The notes beneath the pieces were generated by a model, which had not been told where the DNA came from, ran no database searches, and saw nothing but the letters and a program-made list of their open reading frames with translations. Shown in pieces: positions 19,666 through 28,404 of a DNA stretch of 64,000 nucleotides. How positions within the stretch are numbered: position 1 is the stretch's first letter; the number at the start of each line of letters is the position of its first letter. The position numbers and the translations under genes were made by a program. Source of the DNA: Patescibacteria group bacterium (lineage in GTDB: Bacteria > Patescibacteriota > Patescibacteriia > Patescibacteriales > UBA12465); contig JBMOHF010000004.1 of assembly GCA_049317985.1 (NCBI GenBank), positions 254 to 64,253 on the forward strand, in the 5' to 3' direction.

Positions 19666-20190
19666 ATGGAAATAAAAGCTAGTTTAAACCAATTAAGAAT
19701 GTCACCGCGTAAAATGCGCTTAGTGACTGACTTAATTCGGAAGATGCCAATTGATAAGGCAATTAACCAACTTCGTTTTGCTAACAAGCTTGCGGCTGGT
19801 CCATTGCAAAAATTAATTGAATCAGCAATTGCTAATGCCGATAATCTTTACAGTATTGGTCAAGACAATCTAATGATTAAAGAGGTGAAGGTTGATGAAG
19901 GCCAAACTCTAAAACGTTGGATGCCTCGTGCCCATGGAAGAGCAACGACAATTCGCAAACGATCTTGTCATGTTCATTTGACCTTGAGTGAGATCCGCGA
20001 AAGTGGTGCCATCAAAAAGAAGGAAGTCAAAACCGATGCACCAATCAAACTAGAAGCAATTGCCGAAGAGGCAAAAAAATCCATCAAGAAATCTGATTCT
20101 GAAAAATCTGAAAAAGATACTTCCAAAAAAGGAGAATCAAAGAGTGGTGGAGGTTTCGCTAAGAAAGTTTTTAACCGTAAAGTCGGTTAA
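19666..20190 (+). CDS. rplV: 50S ribosomal protein L22 with Lys/Glu/Ser-rich C-terminal extension
   Basis: LRMSPRKMRLVTDLIR...RAHGRATTIRKRSCHV. Confidence 0.93.
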   Translation: MEIKASLNQLRMSPRKMRLVTDLIRKMPIDKAINQLRFANKLAAGPLQKLIESAIANADNLYSIGQDNLMIKEVKVDEGQTLKRWMPRAHGRATTIRKRSCHVHLTLSEIRESGAIKKKEVKTDAPIKLEAIAEEAKKSIKKSDSEKSEKDTSKKGESKSGGGFAKKVFNRKVG

Positions 20191-20230
20191 GTCTAAGATA
20201 TAATATTGACTCAAATTAATTACACGATCT

Positions 20231-20911
20231 ATGGGCAGAAAAGTAAATCCAAAAATATTCCGCATGGGGATCACCAAGACTTGGCCTTCAATTTGGTTCA
20301 AGACTGGCGAGAGCTACATCAAAGCGATCCAGCAAGACATTGCTGTTCGTAAGTACATGATTAAGGAATTCAAGGAAGCCGGAATTGATAGAGTGGAAAT
20401 TGTCCGCACTAGCAATAAAATTGAACTCGATATTTGGACTGGGAAACCGGGATTAATTATCGGTCGCGGTGGAAACGGTGTTGAAGAACTCAAAAAGAAG
20501 CTTCACACAAAATTCTTGAAGACTTTCCGAATGGGTGAAATCAATTTGAATATTAAGGAAGTTGCTCGTCCAAATTTGAGTTCTCAGATTTTGATTCAGT
20601 CAATGATCCTCGAAATTGAAAAACGTGCTCCTTTCCGTAAAGTAATGAAACAAGCAATTGGTCGCGTTGAACGCGCTGGTGCACAAGGAGTTAAAGTTGT
20701 TGTTTCCGGTCGTTTGAATGGTGCTGAAATTGCCCGTACTGAAAAGTTAGTTTTTGGAAAAGTACCGCTTCACACTTTGCGTGCCGACATTGATTACGCT
20801 CGCGGTGCCGCTCACACTACTTATGGTGCGATTGGTATCAAAGCCTGGATCTATCGCGGTGAAATTTTTGAAAAAGATAAAGAAACAAAAGGAGAAGTGC
20901 TTCAGAGCTAA
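20231..20911 (+). CDS. rpsC: 30S ribosomal protein S3
   Basis: MGRKVNPKIFRMG...KH domain, GRLNGAEIAR. Confidence 0.96.
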   Translation: MGRKVNPKIFRMGITKTWPSIWFKTGESYIKAIQQDIAVRKYMIKEFKEAGIDRVEIVRTSNKIELDIWTGKPGLIIGRGGNGVEELKKKLHTKFLKTFRMGEINLNIKEVARPNLSSQILIQSMILEIEKRAPFRKVMKQAIGRVERAGAQGVKVVVSGRLNGAEIARTEKLVFGKVPLHTLRADIDYARGAAHTTYGAIGIKAWIYRGEIFEKDKETKGEVLQS

Positions 20912-20938
20912 TTAGCTTTTTAATCTCAGACAAGAAAT

Positions 20939-21346
20939 ATGTTAATGCCAAAGAAAACAAAATATCGAAAGGATCACAAGCGCCGCAAAGGTGGCACTGC
21001 GACCCGTATGATCAAAGTCAGTTTCGGTGATTTTGGGCTCAAAACTCTTGATGCTCACTGGATCACTGCTCGTCAGATCGAATCCGCTCGTCGTGTTTTG
21101 ACTAGATATGTAAAGAAAACTGGAAAAGTTTGGATCAGAATTTTCCCTGATAAACCGGTAACCGTTAAAGGAGGAGAAATCCCGATGGGTAAAGGCAAGG
21201 GTGCAGTTGATCATTATGTAGCATGTGTCAAACCGGGAACAGTCATGTTTGAAATGAATGGAGTGGAAGATAGTGTTGCCAAAGAAGCTTTGGAACTTGC
21301 TAGCCACAAATTGCCGGTCAAATGTGCTGTCATTTCTAAAGAGTAA
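20939..21346 (+). CDS. rplP: 50S ribosomal protein L16
   Basis: MLMPKKTKYRKDHKRRKGG. Confidence 0.96.
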   Translation: MLMPKKTKYRKDHKRRKGGTATRMIKVSFGDFGLKTLDAHWITARQIESARRVLTRYVKKTGKVWIRIFPDKPVTVKGGEIPMGKGKGAVDHYVACVKPGTVMFEMNGVEDSVAKEALELASHKLPVKCAVISKE

Positions 21347-21368
21347 AACACGATAATATTCAAGTAAT

Positions 21369-21554
21369 ATGGAATTTAAAGAAATACAACAAAAAAGTGT
21401 CAGTGAGCTGCATAAGCTTTTGGCCGATTCCCGTGATAAACTGCGTGAACTTCGTTTTAAGGATTCGAATAAGCAGTTAAAGAATATTCGGGAAATCAGG
21501 GGAGTCAGAGCGGTAATTGCTCGGATTTTCACTATGTTAAATAAACAAAAATAA
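21369..21554 (+). CDS. rpmC: 50S ribosomal protein L29
   Basis: 61 aa, ELRFKDSNKQLKNIREIR, in the conserved position. Confidence 0.9.
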   Translation: MEFKEIQQKSVSELHKLLADSRDKLRELRFKDSNKQLKNIREIRGVRAVIARIFTMLNKQK

Positions 21555-21562
21555 TCAATCAT

Positions 21563-21904
21563 ATGGCCGAGAAAAAAATCGCCAAGACAACTGTTAAAAC
21601 AAGAACCCCCAAAGAAACTGTAAAAAAGAGTGCAGAACCAAAACGTTTTGCGCCAGTAGCGACCCCAGAAAGGGAAGCAATCCACAAAAAGTTCAGCGGA
21701 GTGGTGGTTAGCGACAAAAATGACAAAACTGTTGTTGTTTTAGTTGAACGCGTTAAGCTTGACCCAAAATATAAAAAAAGATTTACCGTCAGCAGCCGTT
21801 ATAAAGTTCATGATGAAAAGAACGAATTTAAAACTGGCGATAAAGTTACTTTCGTAGAATGCCGACCAATGAGTCGTGATAAACGTTGGAGGGTAATCAA
21901 ATAA
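21563..21904 (+). CDS. rpsQ: 30S ribosomal protein S17 with N-terminal extension
   Basis: [30 protein letters not shown]...[18 protein letters not shown]. Confidence 0.93.
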   Translation: MAEKKIAKTTVKTRTPKETVKKSAEPKRFAPVATPEREAIHKKFSGVVVSDKNDKTVVVLVERVKLDPKYKKRFTVSSRYKVHDEKNEFKTGDKVTFVECRPMSRDKRWRVIK

Positions 21905-21914
21905 CTGTAAAGAT

Positions 21915-22289
21915 ATGATTCAAGTTCAAACTGTATTAAAAGTAGCCGACAACTCTGGCGCCAAAGCAGTGATGTGTATCAGAGTTTCTGGTGGTTTCAA
22001 AAAACGCTATGCACGTGTTGGCGATATTATTGTCTGTGCTGTTCGCACAGCCGTGCCACACGCTGCGATCAAAAAAGGCGATATCGTTAAAGCGGTAGTA
22101 GTTCGCACCAAGAAGGAAGTTCGTCGTCAGGATGGTTCTTACTTGCGCTTTGATGACAATGCCTGCGTTGTAATTACCGACAAAGAAAAGAAGGATCCAA
22201 AGGGAACAAGAATCTTTGGTCCAGTTGCCAGAGAAGTTCGCCGTGCTGGTTTTGTTAAAATCGCATCGCTTGCCCCAGAAGTATTATAA
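21915..22289 (+). CDS. rplN: 50S ribosomal protein L14
   Basis: [17 protein letters not shown]. Confidence 0.97.
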   Translation: MIQVQTVLKVADNSGAKAVMCIRVSGGFKKRYARVGDIIVCAVRTAVPHAAIKKGDIVKAVVVRTKKEVRRQDGSYLRFDDNACVVITDKEKKDPKGTRIFGPVAREVRRAGFVKIASLAPEVL

Positions 22290-22319
22290 TTCTTACGGAG
22301 CTTTAAAGTTTTCAAAAAT

Positions 22320-22646
22320 ATGCCAATCAAAAAAGGAGATAAAGTAAAAATTCTAGCCGGTAAGGATAACGGCAAGACCGGTAAGGTTTTGCAGGTGATG
22401 CCTGATGCTGGTCGGGTGAGCGTTGAGGGTTTAAACCTTTTGGTTAAACACCTTCGCCCACGTCGTGCTGGTGAAAAAGGTCAGCGCATTGAATTTCCAT
22501 CTTTTATTAATTCATCAAACGTCGCTATCGTCTGCCCAAAATGCGGTAAACAAACAAGATTAGCTTCAAAATTAATTAAAGGTGAAGCAGGGAAGAAAGA
22601 TCAGAAATTCCGCATCTGCAAAAAATGCGGTGAAACTATCGAATAA
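22320..22646 (+). CDS. rplX: 50S ribosomal protein L24 with Cys4 C-terminal ribbon
   Basis: KOW motif KKGDKVKILAGKDNGKTGKV. CPKCG...CKKCG near the C-terminus. Confidence 0.93.
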   Translation: MPIKKGDKVKILAGKDNGKTGKVLQVMPDAGRVSVEGLNLLVKHLRPRRAGEKGQRIEFPSFINSSNVAIVCPKCGKQTRLASKLIKGEAGKKDQKFRICKKCGETIE

Positions 22647-22647
22647 T

Positions 22648-23193
22648 ATGATTAATATCAAAGAACAATATAAAAACGTCGCTGTTCCGAGTCTCAAGGA
22701 AAAATTTGGTTTCAAAAATTTAGTTTTGGTGCCAAAGATTTCTAAGGTAGTTTTGAATGTCGGTTTCGGTAAGCATACCAAAGAAAAGGAATTGATTAGC
22801 AACATTGAAAAAAGCTTGGAAAAAATTGCTGGTCAAAAACCAATGATGTCCAAAGCGAAGAAATCAATTTCCGCTTTCAAAATCAGAGAAGGAATGGTTA
22901 TCGGTTCAACCGTAACTCTCCGCGGGCAAAGAATGAATGATTTTCTGAATAAGCTTGTCAATGTAACTTTTCCACGCGTTCGTGATTTTCGCGGTATTAG
23001 CGACACTTCAATTGATAACCGCGGTAATATTACTATCGGTTTCAAGGATCAGAGTTGTTTTCCGGAAATTAGAGCAGAGGATGCTGATAATCTCTTCGGT
23101 TTAGAAGTATGCATCGCTACTAGCGCTCGAAACAGGGAGGAAGGTCTTGAATTATTCAAGCTTCTCGGTTTCCCTTTCAAAAAGAACCAATAA
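22648..23193 (+). CDS. rplE: 50S ribosomal protein L5
   Basis: Start moved to ATG 22648 (MINIKEQYKN). FPRVRDFRGIS. Confidence 0.93.
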   Translation: MINIKEQYKNVAVPSLKEKFGFKNLVLVPKISKVVLNVGFGKHTKEKELISNIEKSLEKIAGQKPMMSKAKKSISAFKIREGMVIGSTVTLRGQRMNDFLNKLVNVTFPRVRDFRGISDTSIDNRGNITIGFKDQSCFPEIRAEDADNLFGLEVCIATSARNREEGLELFKLLGFPFKKNQ

Positions 23194-23205
23194 TCATTAA
23201 TTGAT

Positions 23206-23391
23206 ATGGCAAGAACTGCATTAATTGTAAAAGCAAAAAGAAAACCAAAGTTTTCCACGAGAAAAATTAATCGTTGTTGGCGCTGCGGCCGCAACCACGG
23301 CTACATGCGCGACTTCGGTCTTTGCCGTATTTGTTTTCGTGAATTAGCGACTAACGGTGACTTACCGGGCATCACAAAATCTAGCTGGTAA
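23206..23391 (+). CDS. rpsZ: 30S ribosomal protein S14, type Z (zinc form)
   Basis: 61 aa. CWRCGR...CRICFRE. Confidence 0.95.
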   Translation: MARTALIVKAKRKPKFSTRKINRCWRCGRNHGYMRDFGLCRICFRELATNGDLPGITKSSW

Positions 23392-23436
23392 TTCCAGTCC
23401 AGATTTTAAAAATAAAAATATTATTATTGTAAAAAT

Positions 23437-23847
23437 ATGACAGATCCAATCGCAGACATGTTCACAAGAATCAGAAACGCTTCAGCCGTCAAAAAGGTTG
23501 AAATCGTTCTGCCTTTGAGCAAGCTCAAGCTTGAAATCGCCAAAATTATGGAGCGAGAAGGCTGGGTTAAAAAGGCAGAAGTGCTTTCTCCAACAGTAGT
23601 TGGCAAGAAGGCCGGTTTTGAGGAACTGCGAATCGTTTTGAAATATCAGAAGAGTGGTCATTCAAGTATCAGCTCTATCAAGCGCATTAGTAAACCAGGC
23701 TTGAGAGTTTATGTTGATAAAGACCATGTCCCAACTGTTTTAAATAATTTCGGAATCGCGATTTTATCAACTTCCAAAGGATTGATGACTAATCGTGAAG
23801 CTCGTAAAGAAAAAGTCGGCGGCGAAGTACTCGGCGAAATCTTCTAA
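23437..23847 (+). CDS. rpsH: 30S ribosomal protein S8
   Basis: MTDPIADMFTRIRNA. Confidence 0.96.
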   Translation: MTDPIADMFTRIRNASAVKKVEIVLPLSKLKLEIAKIMEREGWVKKAEVLSPTVVGKKAGFEELRIVLKYQKSGHSSISSIKRISKPGLRVYVDKDHVPTVLNNFGIAILSTSKGLMTNREARKEKVGGEVLGEIF

Positions 23848-23869
23848 TTACTAAAAGAATTTTAAATAT

Positions 23870-24415
23870 ATGTCACGATTAGGAAAATTAGCAATTATTC
23901 TGCCCGCTGGAGTCACCGTCTCTTTTGATAACAATATCTTGACGGTTAAAGGCCCAAAAGGTGAATTAAAACGCGAAATAAAAAAACCAGTTTTACTTAC
24001 GATTAACGAAAAAGAAATTTTAGTTTCCGTCGAAGATACTACTGCACCAAAGCAACGCGCTTTCTGGGGATTATTCCGCGGTTTGATTAATAATATGGTA
24101 ACTGGCGTTAGCGTTGGTTTTTCAAAAAAATTAGAAATTAATGGTGTCGGTTATCGCGCCAGTATTACCGGACGAACTTTGAACTTGAGCTTAGGATATT
24201 CTCATCCAATTATTTTCCCTTTACCGGAGGGTATCGAAGGTATCGTGGAAGGAAACTCAATCACTGTCAGCGGTATTAGTAATGAATTAGTTGGAAATAC
24301 TGCATATAAAATTCGAAAATTCCGCAAACCAGAACCGTACAAAGGAAAGGGTGTTAAATACTCTACTGAAGTTATTAGACGTAAGGCCGGCAAATCAGCC
24401 GCTAAAGGTAAATAA
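23870..24415 (+). CDS. rplF: 50S ribosomal protein L6
   Basis: MSRLGKLAIILPAGV...KGPKGEL. Confidence 0.95.
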   Translation: MSRLGKLAIILPAGVTVSFDNNILTVKGPKGELKREIKKPVLLTINEKEILVSVEDTTAPKQRAFWGLFRGLINNMVTGVSVGFSKKLEINGVGYRASITGRTLNLSLGYSHPIIFPLPEGIEGIVEGNSITVSGISNELVGNTAYKIRKFRKPEPYKGKGVKYSTEVIRRKAGKSAAKGK

Positions 24416-24434
24416 TTAGCATTTGTGAAATAAT

Positions 24435-24788
24435 ATGAACACCCAAAAAGAAACACAAGAAAAAAAAGCTAGACTCCATCGCAAGATCAGAGCCAAAATT
24501 AGCGGAACAGCGGAACGTCCTCGTTTGAGCGTTTTTCGTTCTTTGCGTGGCATGAATCTTCAGTTGATCGACGATGTTGCTGGTACAACTATTGTTAGTG
24601 TTAATACGCGCGAAATTAAAACAAAAGGAACAAAGACGGAAATTTCCAGGGAAGCCGGAAAGCTAATCGCCGAAAAAGCGAAAGCTAAAGGAGTTTCAGT
24701 GGTTGTTTTTGATCGCGGTGCTAATCGTTATCATGGTCGTGTTCAAGCGGTTGCTGACGCTTTGCGTGAGTCCGGTATTGTGTGTTAA
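24435..24788 (+). CDS. rplR: 50S ribosomal protein L18
   Basis: [20 protein letters not shown]...[14 protein letters not shown]. Confidence 0.95.
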   Translation: MNTQKETQEKKARLHRKIRAKISGTAERPRLSVFRSLRGMNLQLIDDVAGTTIVSVNTREIKTKGTKTEISREAGKLIAEKAKAKGVSVVVFDRGANRYHGRVQAVADALRESGIVC

Positions 24789-24812
24789 TCTTAAAGCCTT
24801 AAATTTATATTT

Positions 24813-25433
24813 ATGTCTGACGAAAAGAAAATTCAAACTATTGAAAATAAACCAGCAGGCCCTGCTGGCTCTGCCCAACAAGGTGGCGACAAACGTCGCG
24901 GCGGCGGTGCCGGAGGTGCACGTGGACCAAGACGGAATAATGATCGAGATAAACCTCGTGATGAGTTTGAACAACGCATCTTGGATGTTGCCCGTGTTAC
25001 TCGTGTGATGGCCGGTGGTAAAAGAATGAACTTCCGCACCTGCGTTGCAATTGGTGATCGTAAAGGAAAAATTGGTGTTGGCGTTGGTAAAGGTGCCGAC
25101 GTTACAATGGCAGTGAATAAAGCAGTGAATCGCGCCAAGAGAGATATGATTACTGTTGCTATGGTTAATGAAACAATCCCACACGAAGTTCTTGGTCATA
25201 TTGGTGCTTCCAGAATTATTTTTAAGCCAGCAAAGAAAGGTAAAGGTGTTATTGCCGGTGGCGTCGCCCGAGTTATTTTGGAATTAGCTGGTGTAAATAA
25301 TGTTACAAGTAAAACCTTGGGTGGAAATAATAAGCTAAACAATGCTCGTTGTACTATTAAGGCTCTTTCTGGACTTCGAACAAAAAATGTTCCGGTTGTC
25401 GAAAAAGTTGTTGTAGCCGCCGAAAAAGAATAA
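24813..25433 (+). CDS. rpsE: 30S ribosomal protein S5 with Gly/Arg-rich N-terminal extension
   Basis: VARVTRVMAGGKRMNFR...GVGVGKG. Confidence 0.95.
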   Translation: MSDEKKIQTIENKPAGPAGSAQQGGDKRRGGGAGGARGPRRNNDRDKPRDEFEQRILDVARVTRVMAGGKRMNFRTCVAIGDRKGKIGVGVGKGADVTMAVNKAVNRAKRDMITVAMVNETIPHEVLGHIGASRIIFKPAKKGKGVIAGGVARVILELAGVNNVTSKTLGGNNKLNNARCTIKALSGLRTKNVPVVEKVVVAAEKE

Positions 25434-25462
25434 TTATAAAAATTAAATTCATCATAAATTGT

Positions 25463-25870
25463 ATGTTGTCATTAAACTCCATACCCGCTTCAAGCGGCAA
25501 AAAGGATCGCAAAAGAGTCGGTCGCGGTAACGCTTCTGGTCATGGTACTTATAGTACTCGAGGTCAAAAGGGTCAAAAATCCCGCTCTGGCGTCAGCAAT
25601 CTGAAACGATTGGGTATGAAGCAGCAATTACTGCAAACTCCAAAGTCTCGTGGTTTCAAATCCCTACAGCCAAAGAATCAAGTTGTTAATGTTAAAGTTA
25701 TTAATCTTAACTACAAAGATGGCGAAACCGTTAGCGTTGCCACGCTATTTGAAAGAAACATAGTTTCTCGAACTTCTTTACCTGTAAAAATTCTTGGTAA
25801 AGAAAAGTTGACCGTTAAAGTAAGATTTGAAGGAGTCAAAATGAGCGAAACTGTAAAAACTCAATTATAA
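25463..25870 (+). CDS. rplO: 50S ribosomal protein L15
   Basis: KRVGRGNASGHGTYSTRGQKGQKSRSG. Follows rpsE directly, with no L30 gene. Confidence 0.95.
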   Translation: MLSLNSIPASSGKKDRKRVGRGNASGHGTYSTRGQKGQKSRSGVSNLKRLGMKQQLLQTPKSRGFKSLQPKNQVVNVKVINLNYKDGETVSVATLFERNIVSRTSLPVKILGKEKLTVKVRFEGVKMSETVKTQL

Positions 25871-25913
25871 TCAAAACTGTCGCGTTTTTACGCGACGGCT
25901 TTGTATTCCTTAT

Positions 25914-27185
25914 ATGTTTGAAAAATTACATCAAATTTGGAAAGCGAAAGACCTGCGTACCAGTATTTTATTTGTGCTAGCGATGCTTGTTATTTTCCGT
26001 TTAGCTGCTCACATCCCAATTCCAGGAGTTAACGCCGTTGCTTTGAAAAATTTATTTGCCAACAACCAAATCTTAGGAATGATGAATTTATTCTCCGGCG
26101 GTGGTATGGAAAACTTTTCAATCGTCATGATGGGTATCGCGCCATATATTACTTCATCAATTATTTTTCAACTTTTAGGAATGATTGTTCCAAAGATTGA
26201 AGAGATGCAGAAGGAAGAATCTGGACGACAAAAAATTAATATGTGGACACGTTGGGCAACCGTTCCTTTGGCTGCTATGCAAGCCTATGGGATGATTACT
26301 TTGCTACAACGTTCTGCTAGTGGAATCCTTGGAAATATTTCTTCTTTTGATCTAATTAGTATTATTATCACAATCACCGCAGGCACCATTTTATTAATGT
26401 GGATTGGTGAGTTAATTTCCGAAAAGAAAATTGGTAACGGTATTTCTTTATTGATTTTTGCTGGTATCGTTGCTGTTATCCCACAAAAAATTCAACAAAT
26501 TTCTCAGACCTTTGATTTCAGTCAATTGTTTATGATTCTTGGTTTCGCAATTGTTGGCTTAATCACTGTCATCGGCGTTGTTATCATCAATGAAGGTCAA
26601 AGAAATATTCCAGTACAATATGCACGTCAGATTCGTGGCAATCGTGCTTTTGGTGGCTCTTCTAGTCACTTGCCATTGCGTGTCAACATGGCTGGGGTTA
26701 TTCCAATCATCTTCGCAATCTCCGTTGTGCTGTTCCCATCAATGATTGCTCAGTTCACAATCCATGCCCGGAGCGTTTGGTTGGCCCGTTTTTCCCAGCA
26801 AGTAATTGATTTGTTTGCTAATCAGCTTTTCTACGGAGTAATCTATTTTATTTTAGTTTTTGCTTTCACTTATTTTTATACCGAAATTGTTTTTCACCCA
26901 GATCAAATCGCGGAAAACTTACAGAAGCAAGGAGGATTTATTCCTGGAATTAGACCAGGGAAACACACTGCAGACTACCTCGCTTACACCACTCACAAAA
27001 TTATTTTCGTCGGCGCTCTATTTTTAGGTTTAATTGCTATTTTACCTTTAATCGCCAAGTATTTCACGGGTGTTCAAGCTTTCGCTATCGGTGGTACTAG
27101 CTTACTAATCGTCGTTTCGGTGGTTATTGAAACGGTAAAGCAAATTGAAGCCCAGATGACGATGAGAGAATACGACGGGATTTAA
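25914..27185 (+). CDS. secY: Preprotein translocase subunit SecY
   Basis: 10-TM ORF, 423 aa. GIMNLFSGG, and its position after rplO. Confidence 0.96.
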   Translation: MFEKLHQIWKAKDLRTSILFVLAMLVIFRLAAHIPIPGVNAVALKNLFANNQILGMMNLFSGGGMENFSIVMMGIAPYITSSIIFQLLGMIVPKIEEMQKEESGRQKINMWTRWATVPLAAMQAYGMITLLQRSASGILGNISSFDLISIIITITAGTILLMWIGELISEKKIGNGISLLIFAGIVAVIPQKIQQISQTFDFSQLFMILGFAIVGLITVIGVVIINEGQRNIPVQYARQIRGNRAFGGSSSHLPLRVNMAGVIPIIFAISVVLFPSMIAQFTIHARSVWLARFSQQVIDLFANQLFYGVIYFILVFAFTYFYTEIVFHPDQIAENLQKQGGFIPGIRPGKHTADYLAYTTHKIIFVGALFLGLIAILPLIAKYFTGVQAFAIGGTSLLIVVSVVIETVKQIEAQMTMREYDGI

Positions 27186-27210
27186 GCCAATATTACACAA
27201 AGTATACCTA

Positions 27211-27239
27211 AAAGCCAGCCATAAAAAAGCTGGTTTTTT
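27211..27239 (+). terminator. Intrinsic terminator after secY
   Basis: aaagCCAGCcataaaaaaGCTGGtttttt. Confidence 0.65.
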
Positions 27240-27247
27240 GTATAAAA

Positions 27248-27276
27248 TTGACAAATAGACATATTAGTGATATAGT
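27248..27276 (+). promoter_or_regulatory. Near-consensus sigma70 promoter (TTGACA-17-TATAGT)
   Basis: The ORF-track TTG start at 27248 is the -35 hexamer. Confidence 0.7.
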
Positions 27277-27367
27277 ATGTGTATATCTTTTAGTGATAGA
27301 TAGAACCCGATTTTCACCCGGAAGCGTGAAAAGTTATTTAAAATTTGTAAAAAATGGAGGCTATAAA

Positions 27368-28045
27368 ATGGCTACAGAACAACAAATTCCCATAATAGCA
27401 GGAAGAATAGTAGAATATCAGAAATATTTTTCTGATTTGCCAAATGATGACGCTCAATGGTTTATGAATCACACAAAAGAAGGTATCGCTCTTTGCGTTG
27501 CCGCTATCAGTAACCGTGTCAAAGAATTCACTAAGACTGAAAAAATCTTAAGCCGTCTTGTTCTGGTAAGTAGTTGCGTACAAACCGTCAAAAGATTTAT
27601 CACCCGAGATAAATTTGTAGTCAACACCGGTTGTGATTCTAAGCTAAAAATTTCTTGTCTAGACAATAATTTTCGGAGTTGGTTCCTTGATAAAGTAGAG
27701 GATGTCTTTCTTGGTAGTACAATACAGGGGGTAACGCTCATGAGCAACTCTGTTAATAGTCAAATTATCAACGAATTAGGCGGCGAAGAAAGAGTTGAAA
27801 CTTCATTGACTGAATTGTACTCCCTGATGGAGGCTCAACCCAATGGAAAAATGGGGGATTTAGTTATTAAATGGGACCAGGCAAATATTTTCTATGTAAG
27901 AGATATTAATGGCACGTTACGCGCAATACGTTTGGTATGGTTCGGAGATGGGTGGGACGTTGAGGCTCGGCCTATTTCTAGTCCTAATCCGTGGATATCT
28001 GGTATACGCATTTTTTCTCGTCATCCTTCATCATTAACCTCATAA
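27368..28045 (+). CDS. Hypothetical protein (orphan unit after secY)
   Basis: ATG 27368 is preceded by GGAGG 8 nt upstream. Has its own promoter and terminator. Confidence 0.6.
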   Translation: MATEQQIPIIAGRIVEYQKYFSDLPNDDAQWFMNHTKEGIALCVAAISNRVKEFTKTEKILSRLVLVSSCVQTVKRFITRDKFVVNTGCDSKLKISCLDNNFRSWFLDKVEDVFLGSTIQGVTLMSNSVNSQIINELGGEERVETSLTELYSLMEAQPNGKMGDLVIKWDQANIFYVRDINGTLRAIRLVWFGDGWDVEARPISSPNPWISGIRIFSRHPSSLTS

Positions 28046-28119
28046 AATATTTTGTTCACCTGACTTTTTATTATTAAATAGTCAGCGCTAAAATTGAACA
28101 AATTTATACAAATTTGAAA

Positions 28120-28144
28120 GGCTATCTGCATAGGTAGCCTTTTT
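28120..28144 (+). terminator. Intrinsic terminator
   Basis: GGCTATCT-gcat-AGGTAGCC followed by TTTTT. Confidence 0.7.
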
Positions 28145-28404
28145 CATTTTACTAATTGATTGATAAGCCAAACCCCTGGCAATAGCTAAGAATCGCGCTT
28201 ATTAATCAATCGATGCTGTCAATAAACATTATGGGTTAACTACACCATTATACTATTATTTGGTCAACGAAAGGGCTGCTCTTTAGATATTACTATCTTA
28301 AATAAGCTTAAATTTATTAATTTTAAGTAATCATCTTTCTCTTTAGGGTTTTTAGTGTTATAATACTAGGGTTTTATAAAGGTTTTTCAATATTCCTATA
28401 ACTT

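Noticed and set aside
20942-21685. 247-aa minus-strand ORF across rplP-rpmC-rpsQ, and similar antisense or overlapping ORFs in the track (for example 603-860, 6235-6651, 12193-12483, 17488-17994, 24696-25199, 24833-25138, 40784-41239, 50599-51069).
   Set aside because: Each lies inside or antisense to a confidently identified gene (ribosomal proteins, EF-G, M50 protease, rpoD, P-type ATPase). Their low-complexity or odd composition is typical of shadow ORFs.
28145-28404. yybP-ykoY (Mn2+) riboswitch upstream of the TerC-family gene, and an M-box upstream of mgtA (42941-43299).
   Set aside because: I could not recognise the conserved cores of either family by eye. Only generic hairpins are visible, and a covariance-model scan is needed.
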